From the NCBI GenBank assembly GCA_009103225.1, contig RHPI01002090.1:1535932-1599931 (forward strand): a DNA stretch of 64,000 bases. Direction: 5' to 3'. The position numbers and the translations under genes were made by a program. Positions 11,768 to 24,747 of the stretch are shown piece after piece. A model generated the notes under the pieces. It was not told the origin of the DNA. It did no database searches and was given only the letters and a program-made list of their open reading frames with translations. This DNA comes from Chlorokybus atmophyticus (lineage: Eukaryota; Plantae; Mesostigma and Chlorokybus algae). How positions within the stretch are numbered: the first letter of the stretch is position 1; each line of letters begins with the position of its first letter.

Positions 11768-14700
11768 CTAAGCAACTGCGACAGCTGTTCCAAGACTGTT
11801 CAGATCAGCATCATCGTAGCTCTCAAAGCCGAGAATGTCCTCAGCATACATGCGGCCATCAATGCGGTCTGGGAGTATGCTTGCCGTGCAGTCTGGACCG
11901 AATAGAGCCGACAGGCACCCATCAACTTCCTCACTGCAAGTAAGAAGGCAAGGTTGAGTTGGCACGATGGCAGAACCTGTTGAACAAGTGCATGTCACTA
12001 GTACTATCTCCATTCACACCTGGTCATCTTTTCGCCACTGTTTTGCAACAAGTCTAGCAGCACCTCTCGATCCAAAGTACCCATGACGGGGTCAGCACCA
12101 AGCTCCTGCACAAGCAATATGAACGTTACCACAGCATGTAGGGTTGATGCTGCTGTCCGAGCCAATAGCTATAGACCACTGCAGAGTGAACGCTGTTGAG
12201 TCCTCGACTGACGCTTGCTCACCTGAAATGCTGATTGTATCTGTTCCTTCCCAATAGAGAAGACAGGTCTATGGTTGCAATATAGCGTCAGGAAAGCGTC
12301 AAAGCTGACCGAAGTGAGCGAGCCAACGTGCTTCTCCACCCTGCAGGTGCGAAATGCAGCTAAGACACATTGCCACTTCAGGAGCCCTGACTGAAGTCCA
12401 GTCCAGCAAATTGCTCACCCGCTGGCGCGTAGCTCGGTAAGCATATCCCTAACCTCCCCTTCAGAAGGGTAGTACCCAAGTGCGCGCATCAGATCCGGTA
12501 TCTGAGCCATGGACACCCGGCCCTCCACGCGCCTCAGAGACCCGCATGCTTCGCCCTGCCAGACAGTCAAGTTCAGTACACCCAACTATCTGTTAGTGTG
12601 TGCGTCCTGCTGTGCTCGTTAGTGTGCACTATCACCTGTGCACGAATCTGGCTGTAGGCAAAGTAGTCTTCAGCCTCGCGTGCTAACTCCCCGTCTGGAC
12701 CACCCTCAAGTATGGCGCCAAAACGCACGGTCGCGGGCTCCTCCGCCCCGCCCTCTTCTCCCCCAACACCCCCACCATACTCAAGAGCCTCTGCGTCCAC
12801 CTCCCACATGTTGACCACACTGCGAATAGCTCGTGAGCTCGGCACTCCCAAGTCACAGGACAGAGACAGATCAACTACATACCCGTGCTCGGCGTCCGCA
12901 GTGAACACGCTCTTGCCGTCGTGAGTGGCGGCCAGGTCAGCGATGCGGGAGGGGTGGGCGATGAGCGCGGCGCAGCGCCTGGGGTCTCCATCGGCAGGGA
13001 GTGCCATCAACCCAGCCACCCGCTCAGATGACACATATGCCAGATAGTACTGTGGATGGGCGTGGCATGTGTAAGTTTCAAGTTTGCATGAAACTCGCGT
13101 TGCTCGAAGGGAACTTACATGGCCGGTGGCGGGGTCACGCAGCGTGAGCATACGGGTGAGTGGTGCCGAGAAGGCGGGTCCCAAGGCGGTGTGGCGCAGC
13201 TCGCGGCTGTCCGGCTCGTACACCCGCAGCTTGTACCCGTCGTCCGCCGCCAGAATCCCACACTGCAAGATTTTGGGTTGGGTAAGATGTTTGCCTCAAT
13301 CAATCAACCTCTAACATATTCATGCACACCTTGCTGGTGTGCGTGGGGTCAATTGTCATCGCTGTCGCGGCCGCTGCAGAACTGGCAGCCGTAAAGCCCT
13401 GCATGATCCACTGTTAGCACGAATATACCCACCCAGGCATGCATACACGCACACATACACACATGCGCGCATACCCATGCACATGCACACCAACATCGTC
13501 CTACCAGGAGTTTGAGTCCCTCAGCAGGGTTGCTTCGCTCAAGGTCCCACTCAGCAAGTGCCCCCTCCACTCCAAGGCTGAAGAGGCGTGTCCACTGTCC
13601 CGGTGCGGCCGCGAATGCTACGGCGGCGACGCCTCGCGCGTGCGGACGGAACCGCCCCGCCAGCTCCCACCTGTCCGCGCCCTTGCCATGGCCGTAGGTG
13701 AGCAGGGCAACACATCGCGAGGCGTCCGCCGTCGCCATGTACTGACCGTCCTCGCTGAAGCGAACCATCGTGATCGCGGTGTTGGTGAAACGGAAACTCT
13801 GCATGTCATCGAGCGTGCGGGATCCCAACAGCTGCGACACTCGCGTGTCAGCTGCGCACCATGAGACTTCCCAGACACAGATACACAATTTGCACATGCA
13901 CACCTTAAGGTGGCCGCTGGCAAATGCGACGGCAAGACGCGCTCCATCACAGGTGAAAGACAATGCCGTTGCCTGCGCGATGCTGTTGGTGAGATAACAT
14001 CACCCACAGCAGTAGATTTTACAACATGTGACACGCAAAGCAGCACCCACCTGCATCTTGTCAAACTGGCGTGACGCCGCGAGCTTCCTCTTGCTATAGT
14101 CCCACACCTTTACAGCAACAAGTTATATTGACAAGTCACTCACAGAACCATAGCACTGGTCTATTACGCACCTGTAGCAAGCCGCTGGACCCAACAAGGG
14201 CAACTTTGCTTGCGCAAGGGTGCGCAGAGACAGCTACAATGCCCTCAGCAATGCCTTGAAGGACTCCAACACTACCACCGCCGCCAACAGCCACCACGGC
14301 CGCATGCTCGGTGCCCACGACAAAGGCGGGAAGTGAGGCGCCGTGCTGCTCAGACGCCGACGACACTGAGGTGAGGTCCGCTGAGAACGAGACCGAGGTA
14401 ATGGGTCCCGCGGCGATGTCCTCAAACCAGGCCACGAGGCGGAAGCGGCCGTCGAAGGCACGCACGTAGCCGTCGGCACCGCCCGTGACGAGGTACCGCC
14501 CCTGCGCCACGCTCATCGCTGTCACGGCGCTGCTGTGGACTCGAAGGATTTTCACAGCACGCCACTGCGGCTTCTGCTGCTGTTGCTGTTGTTGTTGTGA
14601 TTGTTGTTGTGACTGTGCTACTCCTCCTGGTTGCTCCTCCCAGACAACGAGGTCCCCGTCAACGGTGGCGGAGGTGGCGCGGGCGGCGGAGGTGGCGGCG

Positions 14701-16072
14701 ACGGTGTTGTCGGAGCCGCCACGAGGAACGAACACCGACAGCGTATATGCGCCAACCTGCTGCTTGAAGTCACGCGCAGACAGCAACGGCACAGACCACA
14801 CCGCCTCCTTGTCAACCTGAAGGCCAATGTGGTCATGTCTCTGCACAGTCACAATCTGTGCATGAGCTTGGTGTTATACACACACGCACCTGCCAGTGGA
14901 GCAGGTGCACGCGGTGAGGGCCGGTGGTGATGATGTGGGCGGAGTTGTCGGTGCTGAAGCGCACGGACACCTGATGATGGCTTCGGGGGCTGTGGTGCGT
15001 GTGGTGGCTCGTTGTGTTGGTCGACACAGATGGCACGGGTGTGGTGATGACGGGTTTGGCCAGCCCCTCGCGCAGATCCCACACCGACAACTCCTGCTCT
15101 GCCCCTGCAAGCCGAGCGTAAGCAAGTGGTCCTGTCTGCTATGGCAGGCTGGTGTATTTGTGTGTACATGCATACACGCGTAGTTACCGGCGCTCAGCGT
15201 GACAATGTAGCGGCTGTCTGCAGAGACGTCCAGGGCTGCGACGCCGTGCCGGTGTGGAGCCGCAGCTGTTTGCAGCGCCTGATGCAACACGCAGTGTGTG
15301 CGATGCATCGACAAGAGGCATGAAGATCAACATATAATCTCTGGTTTGGCTTACTGTGCCAGTGGCGGTGTCCCAGACTGCGAGCATGCAGTCGGCGCCC
15401 GCGTCAGCCGTTACGAGGAAGCGCTTGTTTGGGGCCGCCGCGAGCGCCGTGATGGCATCTGTGTGGCCCTGCAGCAGCAGCTGCGCACGAGCAAAGCAAT
15501 GTTACGTTGTTGCTCGTGTGCATGTGTACCAGAATTGAGCAACAGTTTTTGTAAGTCTTGCCTGGGTGTGGGAGGTGCGCTCGTAGATGACGGCGGTGTG
15601 GGCAGCGACATAAGCCACGGCCTTGCGCACGGGCTGCCCGGGGTTGCCGGAAGACGTGGACGGCCCAGAGAGGTCTACCACGCCTCCGCGCACGCACGCG
15701 GACATTCCAAAACACCACCGCAGGCTCTGTTGAGAGAGATGGTAGTGTGCTTGTTGCAATTGTCATGGTATCAGAGATCATGAAGCAAGGCTATGGTAGA
15801 TTGGGCCACTCGTGTTGTGCAGACAGTAATCCCTTGCAGTCTGAATCCCTCTGCTAAAATGACTCATCCTTCCCAAATAGCGTGTATGACATGCTACGTG
15901 TGCCCTGCACACCAACCGACACACACACAAGCACGACTACACACAAAGTCTACAACCCTTGGTGTGTGGCACGTGAAGTGAACGGGATCAACTGCAATTC
16001 AGTCAAAGAGTCTCTCTCTGTCGCTTCCACTTTCGGTTTTCTTACCAGCGGCTGGGGTGCCTCCTGTGCCAT
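11768..16072 (-). CDS. CFAP251: Cilia- and flagella-associated WD40 protein CFAP251/WDR66
   Basis: LRWCFG...AYVAAHTAVIYE...LLQGHTDAITALA...FLVTADAGADCMLAVWD; multiple WD repeats; EDYFAYSQIRAQ; C-terminal AEDILGFE. Confidence 0.85.
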
Positions 16073-16522
16073 ATCTGCTGGCCCCAAAGCTTAGAAGGAA
16101 AGCAGCCCCACCTCTCACCGCAACCAACCTGTCAACTCAGGCCTGAGTCACAGCCTGGCCTCGCCCTCCCACTAGCTGATACTGTCACTACTACTTCTCA
16201 ACAGGCCTGGCATGACATCAATTGACTTGAATTGCAAACACTCAAGCCTTTGGTGGACACTTGCTTGATAAGACCCCTCCTGATGTACTATTACCCTCAG
16301 GTAGTATCTGGTCAGGTGCCCCACCTAGAAGTTCACTTCACTTGCTTGGGTGCGGCGCGCGAAAATCAGTGCATGAAGTTATTCTCGGCCGACCAACAAC
16401 GCTGTTGATGATGCACGTGACTGCGGCAATGAGTTCATGATTTAACAGAACATGAGCGAAACGAGTATATCCGCGGGTGGGTCTCTTATAACACGGGTGG
16501 ACTCTACACTGTAGCGAGGTTA

Positions 16523-16531
16523 AAACCCTAA
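16523..16531 (+). promoter_or_regulatory. Telo-box motif AAACCCTAA upstream of the complex I gene
   Basis: Exact motif about 60 bp 5' of the ATG; single occurrence, function inferred. Confidence 0.35.
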
Positions 16532-16589
16532 AAGCCCCAGCGTGTAGTAGGCCGTGGTGGGGGAGCAGGCGGCGGCGGCGGCGGTGGCG

Positions 16590-17674
16590 ATGGGCGTCGT
16601 GCTCGACCAGCCGAAGTTCCCGGTCGTGGACAGGGCCCCCAACGTGGCGAAGACCGTCGGCAACTTCAACCTGTCCGATATCGCCAAGGCCTCCGGCATC
16701 ACGCTTGTCGGCCTGCCCGTGGGCTACCTCGCAGGCAAGCCAGGCTTGAGCGTTTCCTCGTCTCGTTGCATGGGGCACACTATAAATATCATAGTATTGT
16801 TTGTTTTTGTCCTTTCTGTGTTCAAGCTGTAACAGTAGATGTATGTTCTGCACACGCATGTCGGGGGTGTGCGAGTATTTATACGAGATGTTACTTCATG
16901 CATGCGACCTGTGTTGCATGTTGGTCCGCGCGTTGTTGCAACTATTTTCACAATGTAATGCTGGAGTGATTGCATTGTCATGCGCGTGTACCCATTGGCG
17001 TACAACGTCTCGAGCATATGCTCAGTGTCGCGTTAGCTGCAAGCCAGGCGGTGTCGTGAACAGAGTCCTCTCTAACATGTAAAAAAACGCAGCAGACTAT
17101 CAGAAGTAGCTAGCCTTGTTGGTGTAGGTTAGCATATATAGGTTGGTCTGGCAGGTGAACATGTACTACTAGTCATTGGCGTCTTTGCACATGTATTGCA
17201 ATACTCACCATGGTCGCCAGCTGAACATGCACTCAGGCTCCTACAGTAGCTGTGTGACGTCTACGCCGGCAGCCTGGCGTCTTGAATAATCGAACCATGT
17301 TTGAACTAGTGTGCGCGTGGCTCACGATTATGGGTAGACCACCAGCACCAGTGGCTAAGTACTCCAATTGACATGTTACTGCTAGACGCACAGCAGAATG
17401 TGCATAGTTGCAGATATTTTGTTGCTAGACTTCAACGCTACATGCCAGTTTTGCAGTCAGGCCAACGGTTTGTCCAATCGCCATGTCCATCCATTTGTCA
17501 CTGATCTGAAACAACCTATCAGGTGGCAGTGGCCATGTGCGCATGCCGTCGATGGTTTGTGCTGGCATCCTGGGAGGCCTCGCCGGTTTTATGTTTGCGT
17601 ACCAGTGCTCGGCTGCAAGGCTGATGGGCTTCAGGCCCAATGAGGCTGAAGTCAAGACGTATCTGCGAAAATGA
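16590..17674 (+). CDS. Mitochondrial complex I 21-kDa (20.9 kDa, NUXM-like) accessory subunit, 2 exons
   Basis: QPKFPVVDRAPNVAKTVGNF...VGYLAG|GSGHVRMPSMVCAGILGGLAGFMFAYQCSAARLMGFRPNEAEV matches the plant family pattern as recalled. Confidence 0.88.
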
Positions 17675-18325
17675 GGAGCATGGACAGCTATGGTTGTAGA
17701 AGTTTCCAATTACATCCTGGTCAGTGACTTAATCTGATGGTCTCGCATGGGGCTGATGACCTCCAACCTTGCAGTCCTGCACAAGGCATGGATTGCAGTC
17801 CCTGGTCATCACCACTTGAGTGCAGTTAGCTTCCTAGCTTTTGATCTGTCACCTGAGGGTGGTTGTGCTGCAGCCGCAAGCAGTGAGGTTTGTATCTACA
17901 CAAGATGGGCAATGACAATGCTTCTGTAAGAAGCGTAGTCCCCAGCGTGCAAGGATTAGCACAGAATGCAGCGTGATAAGCTAAATAATCCATGAGTTTT
18001 GCAAGCTATATGTGCTACTATGCACACTTTCGCAAACCTCAAACTGTCATGCAGTTATACTCTCTGCTGAACTCCTTGCACAATCACGTTGCTACCAAGC
18101 TAGCCTGGACCTGATGTGCACACATCAGCACTGTTGCAGGCTCCATGCAAGCAAGCAATGGATACCAAATCACATCATGTAGCAGGAGACAGAGTGTGGC
18201 ACATTCTACAATGCAGCACACTAGTATCTCTCTACCCTCAAGCGCATTTGAGCAATATGTGTAATACAAGACAATAATACGTCTCCACAATTATGGTTCA
18301 ACTCAACACGCTGTCAATGTGCCAA

Positions 18326-21300
18326 TCAAGTATAGCGCTGATCAGCGGCTTCCACATAGAAGTTGGCGATGGCGAGCGTACCGGATTCGTCCTGCGCCCA
18401 TTGAACATTCAGCAGCAACCCGAATGGCATCTCAGCTGTCTCTGTGTCCGGCACTGCCACGCGCTCAGCCCCAATCGGCACCTGCCAGGAGCGGATCAAG
18501 TTGTTGCACTAGGGCAGTGCCTGTGATGAGTGCCAGGGAGAGCAAGCCAGAACCTACGACACCTTCCAGACAAGACAACATGTTCCAACTTCTAATGGGG
18601 TACTCACCGGCACGTATCTGCCATCCGGCAGCTGCACCTGCTCGAAACGGTTGTCCGTCTGGGCGACCTCCAGCTCGGCTTCACGCGAGATGCGCAAGAA
18701 AACCTGCCAGTCGCATCACAGGTTAAACTGTTGTCTAACCAAAGCCACTGCACTGTGATTGAATAGCAAAGCCTTGATGCATGCACCACTTGCCTCATCC
18801 AGCGTGGTCAAAGACAGCTGGATGTCAGCCAGCTGCAGCTCAGCAGAGCGATCGCGCAGCTTTGTCATAAAGTCCTGTGTGTGTGCAAGCCACATATTCA
18901 GTTGACCTAAGTTGTCAGATCAAAGCAACCAAAGCAACCTCGTCAGTGGTTGCAACAAGCTTACCGACAACTGTTGCTCCTGCTGCTTCGGGATGCCATA
19001 ATGCAGATACGTGCCTGTCTCTTCAACAGGCTCCAGCCCGAGCTCCTGCACATACACAAATACGTGAGCAACACCTTTGCACAACAGCCGCACGCAACTC
19101 ACAGACACGCACGAGACAACACGCACTCACCTGCAGGAAGAACTGCCGCACTTGCTGCTCGGCAACCCGGGATTTTGGCGAGGCCGTAGACAGGTTGTTC
19201 ATCTGCGCGGCAATCATAATGTTCAAAAGGCCAACATTTAATAACAGAATACTCTGTATAACGCGGTTGAATCCTTGCTAACAAGCCCAAGGCACTTACC
19301 GAGCCGAGCATGCGATCTCTCACGCTCACGCTCATGCGATACCCGGCGCCAAACTTGCGCTTGAGCTGGATGCTGGTGCCAATACAGCGCAAGCGGCCCT
19401 GCCACACCACACCACGACACGCGGTGAGTCATATACCAGATTTGACTCGAGTGTGGACAGTGTAGAGAGCCATTTTGTGCAGCCGTTTGGTGCAATTGCT
19501 GTACCTTGGCCATAATGGCAATCCTGTCGCCAAGGATGTCCGCCTCCTCCATTGAATGCGTGGTGAGGATGATGGCACGGCCCGGCTTGGCTGCCTCAAT
19601 GATGTCCCACACGTACCGCCTCGATATGGGATCCATCCCAGTCGTCTGATTCATCAACATTGCTTACTGACTGCTCCAACGAGGAGACGTGACAACAACA
19701 TGCTTGTTGATCCGCGTACCGGTTCGTCGAGGTACACCACTTTGGGGTCTCCGATGAGTGCGATGGCGACGCTGAGGCGACGCTTCATGCCGCCGGAAAA
19801 CTTGCCGGTCGGCATGAACTGAGCGCCCGTCAGCTGCACGCGGCTCAGAAGCTGCTGGCTCTCCTCCTGGATGTCTTTGGACCTGATGAGACAAGCACAA
19901 GAGTTGAGTTTGATGATGCTGCCAGCGGTTGATACTATGCGTGCACGCGTGATGTGTTTGATGTTCATCAGCACACCTGATGCCCTTGAGCAGCCCGAAG
20001 ATGTACAAGTGCTCGATGCCGGTCAGGTTGGACCACAGGATGTCGAACTGAGGGCAGACTCCCATGAACGAGCGGACGCGACCCATCCCGGTAGGGCTCG
20101 TGATAGACTCCCCAAACACAAAAGCTATACGCAACACGCACGATGAAGATACTGACAGCAGGAAGTTATAAAGGCTGAGTGAGTGATTCATTCACTCTTA
20201 CCGTGGCCTGCTGTTGGTGGCACGACTCCCGTCAGCATGCTTATGGTGGTTGTCTTCCCCGCTCCATTCGGTCCGAGCAGGCAGAACAGCTTGTCTTTCT
20301 CCACTCCAAACCAGTTGCCCTTCACGGCGCTGAACCTGCCATAGCTCTTCACAAGGCCGCGCACCTCCACCGCGGCCGTCCCCGCCGACGACGATCGCAT
20401 CTTCACCTCCTCTTGCTGCACGTCCTCGTCGGGGGCGGGGCCAAAATCGGGCTCACGCCTTCGTGGCCAACAACCTGCGAGGGTGTATTAGACAAGCAAG
20501 TAGGTGGGGATGAGGTTGGGTATGTGGCAGTGTGTGTGCTTGTACCTGGCATGGAGGTGCCGCACCAGTAGCCTGGGGAGAGGAAGTAGTAGACGGGCTT
20601 GCGGTTGCCGCTCTCGTCTTTGATGATGTTGTCAAAGTAGATCGCGAGGATGAACCATACGATCCACTCAGCCACAAACCACTTGTAGATGGCATCCTAC
20701 GCACCAGGAGGGGACAACACTTCAGCAACAATCCACGATTGTGCGCGTGTGTGTGTGTGTGCATGCGTGCGTGCATGCGGGCATGCTTTTGCGTGCCTAT
20801 GTGTGCGCACGCACACACACACGCACGCACGCACATGTCTGATGTGGCAAACAAGTCAGCGCAACTCACCATCATGAATAGGCACGAGTCATCGGACGTG
20901 AACGGATACAAGTTATCGCAGTACGACCCTCTGTTCCCCCACGAAATCCCTTTATAGCTTGGGTCGTTGGTCGCTTGTCCCAGATCCAACAATCCCTTCA
21001 CCAGCAGGGCGGGCGGGAACAGGCTGAACGCGATGCGCCACCCTTTGCCGTACTTCTTGTCGTACGGGAAGCCGAACTGAACCACCAGCTGGAGGATGAA
21101 CATGATGATGAAGATGAAGAAGCCGACGGAGGTGGCGGTGGAGGACTTGGAGATGAAGGCTGAGAGAGCGAAAGCGATGCTGGTCTGTGGGACAGGACAG
21201 AGAGGGAGAGTTAGTTACAGTGTGTGTGATTGGGACGGCGAGGCAAGAGGGCTCACCATGGCGAGCTCGAACAGGAAGAAGAAGATGAACAGCACACCAA

Positions 21301-22496
21301 AGTCGTTGTGCAGGAAGAGTCTCAACTGCAGGGAGGAACGCAAGTGTGGTCAGCGTTAACGACGATGCAGAATCGATGTTGAGAAGATGCGAGCACGGGT
21401 AACACACGTGCACACACGCGCGCGCACACACCCACACTCACCTGGAATAGCATTCCGAACAGGATGAGCAGTATTGAAAATATGGCAGCAAGAAGTGCCT
21501 CCCACAATAGCCACGACGCCCAGTACGCCGACTCCTGCATCCCCATGGTCCTCATCCCCATCCGCAGCTTGTTCTCCCTCTCCGCCACGAGCGCGCTCAT
21601 CTGCAGCACGAACGCAAACATCGCCGCGGCAAAGAGAAACCCCGGCGCGATCGCTCCAACAAGACTGAACGTGTCGAACGGCGGGTGCGCAAACTCGCGC
21701 AAGTACAACTGCCAATCGATGCTGCTATCACCGCGGAGGTAGCGGACAATCTCCCTTTCAGCAGCCTGCTGCATTGGCAACTGAGCGTACAACGTTGGAT
21801 CTTGAAACTGTCCTCGAAAGAACTGCGCTGTCGAGTTGGTTTGTAGACCAAAGTTGATTGTTGTAGCGGAGTCTTCAATGACAAACTCGTACGCTCCTTG
21901 GACAGTCTGAGGGTGGGACAGTAGGTACGCGTCCACCTCGTCGCGCGTGGCGAAGCCGAGCACTCTGTCGGCAGGGATGGGCGGCACGTTGTTGAGGCGG
22001 ATGTTGGACACGATTGTGTTGATTACGGATGCGGGGTCGAGTGGGGAGTAGATGAAGTCGAGGCAAGGCTGAGATGTGTCGCGGATGATCATCTCTGTGC
22101 AGGCGGGGATGGAGTTTGCGGCCTTCGTGGGTGGAGACACGAGGTTGTCATTGTAAGTGCTGAAGTTACTGATTGTCGCCTGAGATGAGACAGAGTTGTT
22201 GGGGGTTAGTTGGTACACATTGTGTCGATGAGGAGCAAATTGCAATGCTCACTCACATCGATGGCTTTTGCAACGGCGAAGATGATGAGTATGAAGAAGA
22301 ACGAGCTCGCAAGCTGGAGTAGCGTGGCGCGTCGGTTACGCACGGCGAGGAGGAAGTTCTTGTTGAGCAGCGCCCACGTCTGCTGGACCCACAGGCGGAA
22401 GCCCGTCACACGAACCCTGTCGCCCTGACGTGCTTGCTGCGGCTGACCCAACGCGGCGCCGTTCTCAGCACCCCATGCGGACTCAGCTACCTTCAT
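18326..22496 (-). CDS. Half-size ABCA transporter, plant ABCA2/ABCA9-like
   Basis: N-terminal [25 protein letters not shown]; Walker [12 protein letters not shown]; signature [15 protein letters not shown]; VVYLDEP; [11 protein letters not shown]. Confidence 0.95.
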
Positions 22497-23389
22497 CGTG
22501 TGTGAGCGCGTACCTACATGCGGACATCGTGCTTGGTGTGAGTGGTGTTGCTTTGATCTGGTGTGATGCGAGCTGTCTGCTGCATCAGTGGCGTGTCGGA
22601 TGCAAAACAACCCGATCAAAAACGCATGGCATGATGTTCTGCTGCTGTGAGTCGCGTAAGTATATATTTGGATGTTGTGGGTACAGAGGGTGGTGTTATG
22701 TGTTCTATCACAAAGGAATGCATGCCAGTTACTTAAATCTTGACACATGTACGCAGTCAACACTTGTTGCCTGATCAGTGCACAGCTGACAGTGTTGTGT
22801 CATCAATGCATGCCTTCTATACGTGATACAAGAACATGCAATGCAATATTCGCTTCCTCGATAACCAGCTCCAATGTTACCTGAGATTCAGCAAGCTTTG
22901 CACAGAACTGAACAGAAGACAACACAGTGGAGCAATGACCGAACCAAGATCGCTTTTGCAAGGTGCCTTCAACAATGTGTTTATAGAACATGCGCTTAGA
23001 ATGTGCAATGCGTGCAGTTGCGCGCATGATGCATGTAGCTGTGAGCCAAGGGCATGCGTGCAGCAGCTGGGAACCACTGACCACCAAGGTTGCGTTGATG
23101 TTTGAGGCGGCAATCAATCAACTTGCGTTGCATTGACGCTGATATATATATATATATAATGACTACGTGTACACGCAATAACAATAGCAACAAACCACGA
23201 GCCGGTAACACCCACCCACAGCAAGCCACTAACCTCGACTCTGGCGAGCCGCCACCCGATGGGAAAATGCGCCTGATCTCCCTCGCAAGCTCAATCAAGA
23301 CTATACGTGCAAGCGGGTAGCTACGGGTAGCTATCCACTCTTGTCTGCTTGCTGATTCTCAACTCAGACCGGGACACACCCCAAGGCAC

Positions 23390-23689
23390 GTACTGTCCTG
23401 CCACTGTAGCTGAGGCGTCAGCAGCAGCAGCAGCAGGCTAGGCGTACAACGGCGAGGACCTGCCACGCGCCACCGCCGCCATGCGCCACGGCGCTGTTCA
23501 AGCAGGCGCGTACGTACGAACGCGTGCCAAATCGAGGAACGACGAGGAGCAGTGTCTGGCAGTGCACTGTCGTTCCTCCGCCGCCGCCCCTCACCACTAC
23601 GCCTGGTGATGCCGGCCAGGTCAAGACCGATGCGCAGAGCGACGCCGTACGAGCAGGTACGTACCGTTGCACCCCTGTGGCGTACGTAC
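23390..23689. promoter_or_regulatory. Dense GTAC/CGTAC cluster (candidate SBP/SPL-binding sites)
   Basis: 9 GTAC in 300 bp (23390, 23444, 23510, 23514, 23647, 23657, 23661, 23682, 23686). Confidence 0.45.
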
Positions 23690-24335
23690 GGAGGTTGTGG
23701 CGCGGTGCAACTTGCGCCGCTTGCAACCTAGGAGCCTGTGCGGTTCGTTGCTGGTCGATGTGGCTGGTTGCTGGCGGTTTCGAGACCACTGAGGCCGGCA
23801 CGAAGTCATGCTCGCAATCAGACTTGGATGCCAGCCTAATCTGCGGTTACCAGTCGCATTCGACGTCAAGACCGGTGCGTGCACGAGGTCTGCACAGCTG
23901 TGCAACAGCTGAAGCGAGCAGAAATGTGCAACAGCTGAAGCGAGCAGAAATGGCAACATGCACCTCTTGGCCGTCAGCACGCCACGCACCCACCGCTGCT
24001 TCTGTGAGAATACCAGCCGCAGATGTACTGCCATCAGTGTATTTGACACCATCACAATTCCAAGTACAATTCGCTTGCGGAAAGTTGTTGCAGCTATCCG
24101 CCCAACAATTCTTGGTGCAGAACGGCAAACTGCACTGCGCTGCACACCGTTATATGGACAGTATAGCGGCCGGCGGTTACTTTAGGCTACCGGTAGGCTG
24201 TGTTCAACAGCCGCCGTCAGCAGATGAAGCCGCTAACGGTGGTAGGCGCAAAGTTCTTCACGCCGATTGACACCCCATGCTGTGGTGCGAAGATTCCCCC
24301 CGTTACGAATGCGGACAAGAAACGGCCCCGCCACT

Positions 24336-24502
24336 GTACGGCGGCCCACTCTGTACACCCACGTACGGTACTGGCTACACTGTACCACTGCGGAGGTGGC
24401 AGTGGTGGAGGAGTAGCCGTAGGCGGAGGCCAAGGTTGGCGCCGCCAGACGCAGGCACGTGGCACAAGCCCATCACACTGCGTACCGGTGGACGCTGCGT
24501 AC
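24336..24502. promoter_or_regulatory. Second dense GTAC cluster upstream of the + strand ABCA gene
   Basis: 7 GTAC in 167 bp (24336, 24353, 24363, 24368, 24382, 24482, 24499). Confidence 0.45.
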
Positions 24503-24747
24503 CGAGGCGCCGAAGCACGCTTGCCCAACGTCCCCCACACACGATCACACACATACACATTCACTTACGTACACATATCCACGCAAGCGGCGGAACAAGA
24601 GCCGCCTCTCAGCATTCATGGCTTAGGAACAGGAGCTAGCAGGGTACAGTTTGAGCTCGTTGGCATTTGGTCTTGTTGGTATGAAAGCATAGCATAGTCA
24701 CACAGAGAGGTAGTGAGAAAGTGGTTGGTGGTGGTGTGGTATTGGAG

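Noticed and set aside
23524-24270. 248-aa ORF in the ABCA spacer
   Set aside because: No recognisable domain or clear splice structure; likely a chance ORF in GC-rich promoter DNA.
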